Shown here piece after piece: positions 1 through 8,175 of a stretch of DNA of 30,333 bases (the stretch's first letter is position 1; each line of letters begins with the position of its first letter). The position numbers and the translations under genes are program-made. This stretch comes from Syntrophomonadaceae bacterium (GTDB lineage: Bacteria; Bacillota; Syntrophomonadia; Syntrophomonadales; Syntrophomonadaceae). Below the pieces are notes generated by a model. The model did not search any database. It was given only the letters and a program-made list of their open reading frames with translations, and was not told the DNA's origin. The stretch covers positions 1 through 30,333 of the forward strand of contig DUSB01000034.1 of the NCBI GenBank assembly GCA_012840625.1, read 5' to 3'.

Positions 1-993
1 CAAGTAAGGCAGCTTACCAGGGAAGGAATTGTTCCCATTGGCGTAATCGTCTGTGATCTGGATGGATTAAAAATGGTCAATGACAGCTTTGGCCAAAAAA
101 CCGGTGATGAGCTCCTGCTGGCCTTTGCGGAAATACTAGAAAAACACAGGCAGTCGGATCAAATCGCCGCTCGATCTAGTGGTGACGAATTTGTCATGCT
201 TTTGCCCGGCCTGGATGTGGATGAAACCGAAGAACTTTGTCGTCAGATCCAGCAGGGTATTGACGAATACAATGCGGCGGAACCGGAGGTTCCACTCAGC
301 GTTTCTATGGGTACAGCCGTACACACTGACAACCAGCGTCCGATTTCTTATACTATTATCGAGGCGGTACAGCATATGCATCACCGCAAACTTTTCCAGC
401 ACAAAAGCATGCGCAGTACCCTGGTAGATGTAGTTATGAAAACACTAGAAGCCCGCGATTATTTCACCGAAGGACATGCTGACCGCCTGCAGGGATTGGT
501 CAGTATGATGGCTGATGATCTTGGCCTCCGTGACCATGAGAAAGATGTCCTGCGCCTGCTGGCGCGGTTCCATGATATCGGCAAGGTAGGCATCCCTGAC
601 CACATTCTTCTAAAACCAGGACGGCTTACGGAAGAAGAATTTGAGCAAATGAAGAAACACAGCGAAATCGGTTACCGTATAGCCCAAACATCTCCCGATC
701 TGGCTCCTATTGCCGACTGGATCCTCATGCATCATGAGTGGTGGGATGGCAGTGGATATCCGCTGGGAATAAAAGGCGAGGAAATTCCTATTGAATGTAG
801 GATTCTGGCTATTGCGGATGCCTTTGATGCCATGATCAGCGACCGCCCCTACCGGAAGGCCTTATCCTTCCAGGAGGCCCTGGAAGAACTGCGAAGGGGA
901 GCCGGTACGCAATTTGATCCCTATCTGGTAGAACGCTTCGTATTCAGAGTGAGACACGGGGACGGTCCTGCTGTCTCACTTGAGATTGAGTGA
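1..993 (+). CDS. GGDEF(degenerate)-HD-GYP c-di-GMP phosphodiesterase, 5' truncated by window edge
   Basis: Frame 1 is open from base 1 (QVRQLTREGIVPIGVIVCDLDGLKMVNDSFG...), so the gene starts upstream of the window. GGDEF-like RSSGDEF, then HD-GYP motifs HDIGK, HHEWWDGSGYP, IADAFDAM, DRPYR. Confidence 0.92.
   Translation, partial: QVRQLTREGIVPIGVIVCDLDGLKMVNDSFGQKTGDELLLAFAEILEKHRQSDQIAARSSGDEFVMLLPGLDVDETEELCRQIQQGIDEYNAAEPEVPLSVSMGTAVHTDNQRPISYTIIEAVQHMHHRKLFQHKSMRSTLVDVVMKTLEARDYFTEGHADRLQGLVSMMADDLGLRDHEKDVLRLLARFHDIGKVGIPDHILLKPGRLTEEEFEQMKKHSEIGYRIAQTSPDLAPIADWILMHHEWWDGSGYPLGIKGEEIPIECRILAIADAFDAMISDRPYRKALSFQEALEELRRGAGTQFDPYLVERFVFRVRHGDGPAVSLEIE
948..980. repeat. REP-like palindrome, copy 1 (inside 3' end of HD-GYP CDS)
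   Basis: AGTGAGACA-cggggacggtcctgc-TGTCTCACT; the 27-nt core 951-977 is identical to 1007-1033. Confidence 0.85.
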
Positions 994-1002
994 GATGCGT
1001 TG

Positions 1003-1037
1003 AGGGGAGACACGGGGACGGTCCTGCTGTCTCCCCT
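1003..1037. repeat. REP-like palindrome, copy 2
   Basis: AGGGGAGACA-cggggacggtcctgc-TGTCTCCCCT; outer stem differs from copy 1 by compensatory changes. Confidence 0.85.
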
Positions 1038-1041
1038 ATGG

Positions 1042-1076
1042 AAAAAGCCGGTTCCCTTTTTCGGAACCGGCTTTTT
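1042..1076. terminator. Bidirectional intrinsic terminator
   Basis: AAAAAGCCGGTTCC / GGAACCGGCTTTTT 14-bp stem with A and T tails between the converging HD-GYP and amidase genes. Confidence 0.88.
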
Positions 1077-1106
1077 ATTTGGCTTTATTTTTATTTATTG
1101 GTCTAA

Positions 1107-3215
1107 TTAAGGGTTGTTTTGCAGATAGTTGATTATACCGTCGGCGATGGCCTGGGCTGCGACCTGTTTATAGTAGTCACTAACCAGCATGCTGCGTTCT
1201 TCGGGATTACTGAGGAACATGACTTCGACTAGGGCGGAAGGCATGTTGGTGTCGCGCAGCACCTGCAGATTACCTTCTTTTACCCCCCGGTTGGCCCGCT
1301 GTAGATCAGCCACCAGCTGGTTCTGAAGCGCGCTGGCTAGGGCCTGACGCTGCTGACGCTGCTCATATAGTCTGGGCGTATGGGATGGTGCCCAGAACCA
1401 GGTTTCGATTCCATGAGCAGAGGGTTGGGTAAAGGCATTACAATGAATGCTGACAAAACAGGTGGCATTGGCTGCATTGGCTATCCTGCCCCGTTCCCCA
1501 AGGCTTACGTATACGTCACTATCTCGGGTATAGATTACAGGTATACCGCGGGATTGAAGAATTTTCCCCGTACGCAGTGCGATATCCAAGGTAATGTCTT
1601 TTTCATAGATCCCTGCATAGCTGGCTCCGCTTTCACTGCCGCCATGACCGGGATCCAGTACCACCAGTTTTCCGTCTATGGGAGGAACAGGTGGGGGATT
1701 CGGGTTGGAACTGATTGCCAGCACATTTATCTCCGTTTTATTACCGCTGGTGCTGGTTACAAAGCGAGAGGGCTCGGTAGTCAATACGGTAACGATGGTA
1801 TCCGGACCGACCCCTTTTACCAGAACCCGCTCTACCAGTTCCCCACCCCGGAAGGTATATTCATTTTGGGCATGCCCGGGATTAACTCCCTGCAGACGGA
1901 AATCAAACTGCCGGTCAGTACTTTGATGACCGTAGTTGGCTGGCAGAAGTGTCTGCACCACAATTTTTTCACTGCTGGAGCTGAAGTTGGCCTGGCTTAC
2001 AGAAACGACCAGATTGGGAACGTTAATGATAAGCCGCTTACCATTATCTTCTTCCCATACTTCATAGCGGATTTTTTCAGGTAGGGTAACCTTGATCACC
2101 GCATCATCACCTTGATTGCTGCCCACTACTTTCATGGTCTTGCCGGCGCCCACATCAACGCTGACCGCAGAGCTGCCTTCGATATTCATGTCTTTAAAGC
2201 TCAAGCTCAGCTCTCCGGGCCCGGTCTTGCGTACGGCATTTAAGGGAGCTGTTCCCTGTATAATTGCCCGTACGGCATTGGAGTCACGCGCTGTTGACAG
2301 GGTGATTTTGTCGCGTTCTGGCTCCGGCGGTGCTAAATCTTCCAGCGTAATATCGACGGTGTAGCTGGCCTGATGCCAGACCACTTTACCACCAAAGGCC
2401 TCACCTACAAAGCGAAGCGGGGCCAGGATACGCTGATTGACCACCTTGGCCGGAACATCGATTTTTTGTACTTTGCCGTTAACGGTTGGACTGGTAGAGT
2501 TCAAAGGCATAACCACCCGGGTGTCTCCTCTGACTGCTACTGCCTGTTGCTTGGCCTGATCCCAGGTAACGGTAGCCCCCATGGCTTCAAAAATAGCGCG
2601 CAGGGGTACCAGGGTCCGTTGCTGATCCACCACTGGCTCCACGTCACCAAAGGTCATGGGCTCCCCGTTTAAAAGAATCTTGGGGGGAGCAACCTTTCCG
2701 GGTGTGGGCTGAGGAGTTGGTGCGGGTTCAGGTTTTGGCTCTGGTTTGGGTGTTACAGAACCGTTAACCGGTTCTACATACTGAGCACTGATGTAGGCCG
2801 TGGTTCCCGCAGTCGTTTTGACCTGATGCCATTGATCTCCCGCCGCAACCAGTACCAGCAGATCGCCCTGTTTGACCGAGCCAAGCACTGGATAATCGGT
2901 ACCGGGACCGGAACGCAGGTTAACAGAGCTGCCGGTTACCCGCAGCTGGGTACTCTTTTTTACATCGATATAGTTTCCTGACACCCAACCTTTAAGTGTA
3001 CGGTACTGAATCTGATACCAGCCGTTTTGGCTGTCCAGAACCTCTACCTGAGTGTCCTGATAGAGTGAGCCTATTACTGGATATTCGGTTCCGGGTCCGG
3101 AACGTACATTGAGTACACTTCCGGTAATGGTACCGGTATCAGCCATAGCTGCCAGGGGAAAAATCAGGGTAAATATGCAAATAAGCGCAATGATCTTAAC
3201 TTGTCGACGTCGCAT
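1107..3215 (-). CDS. Secreted N-acetylmuramoyl-L-alanine amidase (2x SH3b, Pro-rich linker, copper-amine-oxidase N-terminal-like domain, Amidase_3)
   Basis: Signal peptide MRRRQVKIIALICIF...AMA; two LNVRSGPGT/VNLRSGPGT SH3b repeats; RTLVPLRAIFEAMGATVTWD and ILAPLRFVGEAFG (CAO N-terminal-type); LDPGHGG, EKDITL, SIHCNA, ALVEVMF zinc/catalytic motifs; RBS AAGGAG. Confidence 0.92.
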   Translation of the reverse strand: MRRRQVKIIALICIFTLIFPLAAMADTGTITGSVLNVRSGPGTEYPVIGSLYQDTQVEVLDSQNGWYQIQYRTLKGWVSGNYIDVKKSTQLRVTGSSVNLRSGPGTDYPVLGSVKQGDLLVLVAAGDQWHQVKTTAGTTAYISAQYVEPVNGSVTPKPEPKPEPAPTPQPTPGKVAPPKILLNGEPMTFGDVEPVVDQQRTLVPLRAIFEAMGATVTWDQAKQQAVAVRGDTRVVMPLNSTSPTVNGKVQKIDVPAKVVNQRILAPLRFVGEAFGGKVVWHQASYTVDITLEDLAPPEPERDKITLSTARDSNAVRAIIQGTAPLNAVRKTGPGELSLSFKDMNIEGSSAVSVDVGAGKTMKVVGSNQGDDAVIKVTLPEKIRYEVWEEDNGKRLIINVPNLVVSVSQANFSSSSEKIVVQTLLPANYGHQSTDRQFDFRLQGVNPGHAQNEYTFRGGELVERVLVKGVGPDTIVTVLTTEPSRFVTSTSGNKTEINVLAISSNPNPPPVPPIDGKLVVLDPGHGGSESGASYAGIYEKDITLDIALRTGKILQSRGIPVIYTRDSDVYVSLGERGRIANAANATCFVSIHCNAFTQPSAHGIETWFWAPSHTPRLYEQRQQRQALASALQNQLVADLQRANRGVKEGNLQVLRDTNMPSALVEVMFLSNPEERSMLVSDYYKQVAAQAIADGIINYLQNNP

Positions 3216-3648
3216 GAGGGTTCACTCCTTACTTCAATAAACGAGGAATGTTTATCCTTTTACTATAATCGTGAATTTATTATTTTATTTTAATAAATAT
3301 TTTGTTTTTCCTTGCATAAGGCCTTTGGCCCGGGACGAGGGATCTTCATTTATCGATGGAAAATACTATCATAGACTCCAGCCATCATCACCTTCTTATA
3401 AAGACCCCTGACTACAGTCGAGGTACAGTAGCCTGTGCAAGCCCCCCTGGCAGGTAAAGGATGGGTACAGGAATCCGGTCAGGCTGTACCCTGTGTCTTC
3501 CTTGTTTAGGGAAAAACCTCCGCTTGCCATAGCTTTCTGCACCGGGCAGATTGACTCCTGCCCAATAGACAAATTTTGCTTCTTTTTGCATATTTGGGCG
3601 TCACTATTACATACGTTATGAAGCGACTAATCTTTCATCTTTTTTATC

Positions 3649-3670
3649 TTTGGCTAAATATTTAGCCAAA
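3649..3670. promoter_or_regulatory. Perfect 22-bp palindrome, possible operator or hairpin
   Basis: TTTGGCTAAATATTTAGCCAAA is self-complementary; lies between the LCP gene and the amidase promoter region. Confidence 0.4.
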
Positions 3671-3673
3671 ACA

Positions 3674-3706
3674 AACGCGAGTTCTGCTGCTCGCATTACT
3701 CGCGTT
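3674..3706 (-). terminator. Probable terminator of LCP gene
   Basis: AACGCGAGT / ACTCGCGTT stem followed on the minus strand by TGTTTT, about 55 nt after the stop. Confidence 0.55.
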
Positions 3707-3760
3707 AAATAACAAGGGAAAGTACTCCCGCGCTATGCTGTTTTAGCATAATCATGGAGA

Positions 3761-4846
3761 TCAGTAACTACCGCCGGTATCATCATGCCCGGGGCTGGGC
3801 AGGCGTGAGCGTTCCTCCCGCTCCTGCTTATAGCTTTTGTAGCCTCCATAGCCTGAGGAGGGGCTTTCATCGGCCATGCGGTTCCAGGAAGATGTTTCCT
3901 GCAGGCTGGCTTCCGGTGGCTCCTCCATGACCACGGAGATTTCTTCCCCGTCCATGAGGCTGTCCAGCAGGGTGTCAATCTGATCCTCATCTGCCACCCA
4001 GTAGCTGGAGAGCAGTGAACCATCGCTACCTCTTACCTCGGCGAAATAACCGGGTAAGGTAGTGCTGACAATGGGATCCGTATTAAAAGCCGGAATCCAC
4101 CGGGCTAATTTAAGCATGTCGGTTATGCCCATATCGGTATCAACCAGCTGGTTGACCTGCTTGATCAGGCCGGGCAGCTTGGGAATGGTACTGGCCTGCA
4201 TCACTTCGTTGGCCAGGGCCTTTAAAAACTGCTGCTGGTGATCGGTACGTTCGATATCACCGGTTACATAGTCACGATAGCGTACAAAGGCCAGGGCATC
4301 GTGGCCATCCAGACGCTGCAGTCCCGGTCGGAGATCAATGCCTTCGGAGGGCTTGTACATGCGCTGGTCAACTTCAATATCGACACCGCCCAGCGTGTCC
4401 ACCATCTTTGCAAAACCCTTAAAATCCATCAGGATATAATAATCGACATCTTCTTTAAGAAGTTTTTCGGTCATACGGACCGCCAGCTGGGGGCCGCCTA
4501 CCATATTGGCGGTACATATCTTATCCATGCTGCTCCCGGGTATGTCAATTCTGGTATCCCGGGGGATGGAGACCATAGCCACTTTTTTTAATTCGGGATC
4601 AATGGAAACCAGGATCATGGTATCGGTTCTGGTCATGTCCTCATCGGGTCGGGCATCCATACCCAGAAGCAGGATGTTGACGCGATCACCGCCGATATCT
4701 TCCTGAGCTGTTTCCTGAATTTCATCGGCTTGCAGAGAGCTGGTCAGAAAAAGCTTCACCCCGCCCACACCGAGACCGAAAAAAATACCAAAAATAAGGC
4801 CGGCAATCATGGTATACTTAAAAAATTTCAAAATCTGTCGTTGCAC
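3761..4846 (-). CDS. LCP (LytR-CpsA-Psr) family glycopolymer-peptidoglycan transferase
   Basis: N-terminal TM; NILLLGMD, RTDTMIL, SIPRDT, ALAFVRYR, GDIERTDHQQQF motifs. GTG at 4846 (GGGGAG upstream) preferred over the ORF-track start at 4891. Confidence 0.92.
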   Translation of the reverse strand: MQRQILKFFKYTMIAGLIFGIFFGLGVGGVKLFLTSSLQADEIQETAQEDIGGDRVNILLLGMDARPDEDMTRTDTMILVSIDPELKKVAMVSIPRDTRIDIPGSSMDKICTANMVGGPQLAVRMTEKLLKEDVDYYILMDFKGFAKMVDTLGGVDIEVDQRMYKPSEGIDLRPGLQRLDGHDALAFVRYRDYVTGDIERTDHQQQFLKALANEVMQASTIPKLPGLIKQVNQLVDTDMGITDMLKLARWIPAFNTDPIVSTTLPGYFAEVRGSDGSLLSSYWVADEDQIDTLLDSLMDGEEISVVMEEPPEASLQETSSWNRMADESPSSGYGGYKSYKQEREERSRLPSPGHDDTGGSY

Positions 4847-4996
4847 GTTCTTCTCATTCTCCCCATTATATCTACCAGTAAACTTTGACAAAAGCAGAAA
4901 AAGTCCTGCCTGCTTCCAGGTTTTAACCCCTTTTATGAAAAGATCTTTTTGTCTATATTTTCTCAGTTATGTTTTTGTTTTTACTTTTTTGTCTTT

Positions 4997-5025
4997 TTGC
5001 AGGGCTGTTTATTAGAGTATACAAT
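4997..5025 (+). promoter_or_regulatory. Candidate sigmaA promoter for the polysaccharide operon
   Basis: TTGCAG-17 nt-TACAAT; a second extended -10 TGcTATACT lies at 5115-5123. Confidence 0.45.
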
Positions 5026-5158
5026 ATAATAGGTGCTTTCTGACAGATATATTCAATTTCCGTTTCTGGAAATTTGTTTTTATTAAGCTCTGCATGGTAA
5101 ATAAAAGGCTTCTTTGCTATACTGTGAAAGATATGATTGCATTTTAAGGAGGAATCCT

Positions 5159-5647
5159 ATGGTGGTGGATGAAAAAGGGAGATTGTTTGGCAAGATCAGT
5201 ATTGTTGATCTGGCCATTTTATTTATCATCGTCATTCTGGTGGCGGGATATCTCTACCGTGATCAGGCAGCAGGAACGGCACCGGAAGCAAAAACAGTTA
5301 CGGTAAAGGTAGTATGCAAAGATGTATATCCGGGAACTGAAAACAGTATTGAGATCGGTGATAACCTGGTTGCCGGCGGAGCAGTTACCAATGTGAAAGT
5401 AATCGAAAAAAGCGTCGAACCGGCTGATTGGGTAGTTAACACCGCTGATGGGCGAGCGGTGCTGACTAAAAACCCCTTTCGCAAAGATATTTTTCTGACT
5501 CTGCAGGGTGAGATTACCCAGATTACCCCGGCGGAGATCAGCTTTGCCGGACAAAAATGCCGGGTAGGAAATGAAGATTTTGTAGTCAAAACCCAGCGTG
5601 TGGAGGCTGAGGCTGTAGTACTGGATATTCAAGTTGAGGATGATTAG
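5159..5647 (+). CDS. DUF4330-family single-TM membrane protein
   Basis: MVVDEKGRLFGKISIVDLAILFII N-terminus typical of DUF4330; ATG 5159 follows AAGGAGG. Confidence 0.75.
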   Translation: MVVDEKGRLFGKISIVDLAILFIIVILVAGYLYRDQAAGTAPEAKTVTVKVVCKDVYPGTENSIEIGDNLVAGGAVTNVKVIEKSVEPADWVVNTADGRAVLTKNPFRKDIFLTLQGEITQITPAEISFAGQKCRVGNEDFVVKTQRVEAEAVVLDIQVEDD

Positions 5648-5664
5648 ATTTTCTGGAGGCATCT

Positions 5665-6933
5665 ATGGAGGCAACGACAAAAGCACTTGATTTACCGCAG
5701 AACCATAGGGAAACACGTAGTGTTGAGTTATACCTAGTGGTTCTTTATGCTGGGCTGGACTGGCTGTTTCGCCAGGGTGGACTGGCCTTTATGCAGGGTA
5801 TATGGGACGAACTATTGTTTATCATTATAATAGGTATCTGGCTGCTGCGTACGGCTGTTCAGCAGTGGGCTCCGCGCCGCAGTGGGATGTTGCTGCCTTT
5901 CTGTCTTTATATTAGTATCATGCTTTTTCTGGTGCTGATTAATTCGCCGGACGATAGCGTGGCTTTGGAAGGCATGCGGGTTATGGTGCAGTATGTTTTC
6001 TGGTTTTTTATTGCCTACCATCTGCTGCGTTCACGTCAGGATGCTAAAGGGCTGGTCAATGTATTCCTGCTGCTATGTCTGGCCATTGCCCTGGTAGGTG
6101 TTATGCAATACATTCAAGGGGTGGAAATGCCGGCGGCATGGGTGGATAAGGCTGAACAGGGGGTAAAAACCCGTGTCTTTTCTATTATTGGCAGCCCGAA
6201 TGTTCTGGGCAGCCTGATGATCCTGGCTATTTCCGTGGCCTATGCCATGTATTACGGCAGCAAGCACTGGTTAAAGCAGCTGATTTATGCCGGTGTGCTT
6301 TTAGTCTGCGCCCTGTGCCTGCTTTTCACTTTTTCGCGGGGAGCCTGGCTGGCGATTATCCTGTCTGCTCTTCTGCTGGGTTTATGGGTGGATAAGCGTG
6401 TGCTCATTATTATTCTGCTGATGGCGGTGCTGACGCCGTCGCTTATGCCTGCGGTCTATGATCGCATGGCTTATATGATGAGTTCTGACTATATAGCCTC
6501 CTCGGAACGGGGCGGGCGTCTGGGACGCTGGGAGGTGGCCATGAATCACTGGCGGGGCTCGCCTGAATTTGGGGTAGGCCTGGGTCAGTTTGGCGGTGCA
6601 GTGGCCGCACGCCATTACCCGGAGGATAGCTTCTATGCTGACAACTGGTATTTGAAAGTGGGTACAGAAACCGGCTGGGTAGGCCTGACCGCCACACTGC
6701 TTTTACTTATTACTGGTCTGCGTCGGGCACGTAGTGCTTTGGATGCCACCGAGGACCCCTATTTAAAAATCATGGGGCTGGGTATTTTGGCCGGCCTGGT
6801 GGGAATTCTGGCCCATAATTGTGTAGAAAACATCTTTGAAGTCCCCATGATGGCAAGTTATTTTTGGTTTTTCCTGGGCCTGGTGGTGGCTCTGCCGCAC
6901 CTGCAATCAAGCCCGTTAAATGATATGGAGTGA
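5665..6933 (+). CDS. O-antigen ligase/Wzy-like polysaccharide polymerase
   Basis: Multi-TM protein; RVFSIIGSPNVLG, LFTFSRGAWLA, R..RW..A, FGVGLGQFG, YADNWYLKVGTETGWVG motifs. Confidence 0.88.
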   Translation: MEATTKALDLPQNHRETRSVELYLVVLYAGLDWLFRQGGLAFMQGIWDELLFIIIIGIWLLRTAVQQWAPRRSGMLLPFCLYISIMLFLVLINSPDDSVALEGMRVMVQYVFWFFIAYHLLRSRQDAKGLVNVFLLLCLAIALVGVMQYIQGVEMPAAWVDKAEQGVKTRVFSIIGSPNVLGSLMILAISVAYAMYYGSKHWLKQLIYAGVLLVCALCLLFTFSRGAWLAIILSALLLGLWVDKRVLIIILLMAVLTPSLMPAVYDRMAYMMSSDYIASSERGGRLGRWEVAMNHWRGSPEFGVGLGQFGGAVAARHYPEDSFYADNWYLKVGTETGWVGLTATLLLLITGLRRARSALDATEDPYLKIMGLGILAGLVGILAHNCVENIFEVPMMASYFWFFLGLVVALPHLQSSPLNDME

Positions 6934-6939
6934 TCTGGT

Positions 6940-8121
6940 TTGGACATTGTGTGTGTGTCATCTGTAGATTGGGAACCGCTGTGGACGCGTAAACAGCAGA
7001 TTATGTCCCGCCTGCCGGCGGAACATCGGATCCTTTACGTGGAGCCGCCCATCTCTTTTATGTCTCCTTATAAAGATCCCGGGGTAGCCTTTAAAAAGGA
7101 ACGCGCCCGAGAAGGGCTGCGGCCTTTAAACGATCATATCTGGCTGCTGTCTCCACCGGTTATCTGGCCGCTGGGCAGCCAGGTGCCGGGGATAAATGCC
7201 ATCAATCAGCGCCGAATTGCCCGTTCTATTCGCCCAGCCATGGAGGAGCTCGGTTTTAAAAATCCGGTGCTCTGGACCTATCTGCATACCAGCTGTGACC
7301 TGCTGGGAAAACTGGATGAAAGCTTTGTAATCTATGATTGTGTTGATGATCATTCTGCTTATGAAGGCTTTAACCCGCGTCTGGTCAAGGCCATGGAACG
7401 CAGACTCATGGAGCGCTGTGATATTGTTTTTTGTACTGCTCGCGGTTTATATGAAAGCAAAAAACGCTTTTGCCGGGAGATTTACCTTTCTCCCAATGCA
7501 GCCGATGTGGAACATTTTCGTAAAGCAGACCTGGCGGAGACGCCGCTGGCGCCGGAGCTTCAAGATATACCTGGTCCGGTACTGGGTTTTGTAGGCGCTA
7601 TTAAAGAGTGGATTGATCTGGATCTGATAGGGGCGCTGGCCGATGCTTTTCCCGCGGGTTCGGTGGTTATGGTAGGACCGGTGGGAGCCAATGTTGATGT
7701 TTCTATGCTGGAGCGGCGGCCCAATGTTCATCTGCTGGGACACCGCGATCGTGAGCAGCTGCCTACTTATATCAAGGGATTTGACGTTTGCCTGAACCCC
7801 TTTCGACAGAATACGCTGACTTCAACTGTCAGCCCGTTAAAGTTCTATGAGTATCTGGCCTCTGGTAAGCCGATTGCCTCGGTACCCATGCCTGAAATTA
7901 TGGATTTCGAGGGTCTGGTAGAGTTTGGCAGCGGTACGGAGGGCTTTATCCAGGCGGTTCAGAGAGCTCTGCAGGATACCGAGGAGAAAAAACAGGCGCG
8001 CCTGGAAAGAGCTGAGGAAAATTCCTGGGAAAGCCGGGCGGAGTTTATGATGGAAAAGATCCAGGCCTGCATGCAGCCTGCCTGCAGTGTACAGCCCGGA
8101 TATTCTGGATATTATAGATAG
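6940..8121 (+). CDS. GT-B glycosyltransferase (GT4/TuaH-like)
   Basis: TRKQQIMSRL, IYDCVDDH, SPNAAD, FDVCLNPF, PLKFYEYLASGKP motifs; TTG start. Confidence 0.88.
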   Translation: MDIVCVSSVDWEPLWTRKQQIMSRLPAEHRILYVEPPISFMSPYKDPGVAFKKERAREGLRPLNDHIWLLSPPVIWPLGSQVPGINAINQRRIARSIRPAMEELGFKNPVLWTYLHTSCDLLGKLDESFVIYDCVDDHSAYEGFNPRLVKAMERRLMERCDIVFCTARGLYESKKRFCREIYLSPNAADVEHFRKADLAETPLAPELQDIPGPVLGFVGAIKEWIDLDLIGALADAFPAGSVVMVGPVGANVDVSMLERRPNVHLLGHRDREQLPTYIKGFDVCLNPFRQNTLTSTVSPLKFYEYLASGKPIASVPMPEIMDFEGLVEFGSGTEGFIQAVQRALQDTEEKKQARLERAEENSWESRAEFMMEKIQACMQPACSVQPGYSGYYR

Positions 8122-8175
8122 TGTTTATATTTTTTACCGTATAATTAAAATTAGCCTTATGAGGAGGAGCAAGCA

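Noticed and set aside
951-1033. CRISPR-like spacing (27-nt repeat, 29-nt spacer)
   Set aside because: Only two units, flanks extend the palindrome with covariation, the spacer is low-complexity, one copy is inside a CDS, and no cas genes or leader are present. It fits a REP element better.
1380-2084. 234-aa plus-strand ORF
   Set aside because: Antisense shadow of the amidase catalytic domain, with no recognisable motifs or RBS.
3411-3591. 59-codon minus-strand ORF (MQKEAKFVYW...) upstream of the amidase
   Set aside because: No Shine-Dalgarno and no recognisable features.
4847-4891. ORF-track start of the LCP gene
   Set aside because: This stretch contains a TATAAT box and the likely RBS, so GTG 4846 is more plausible.
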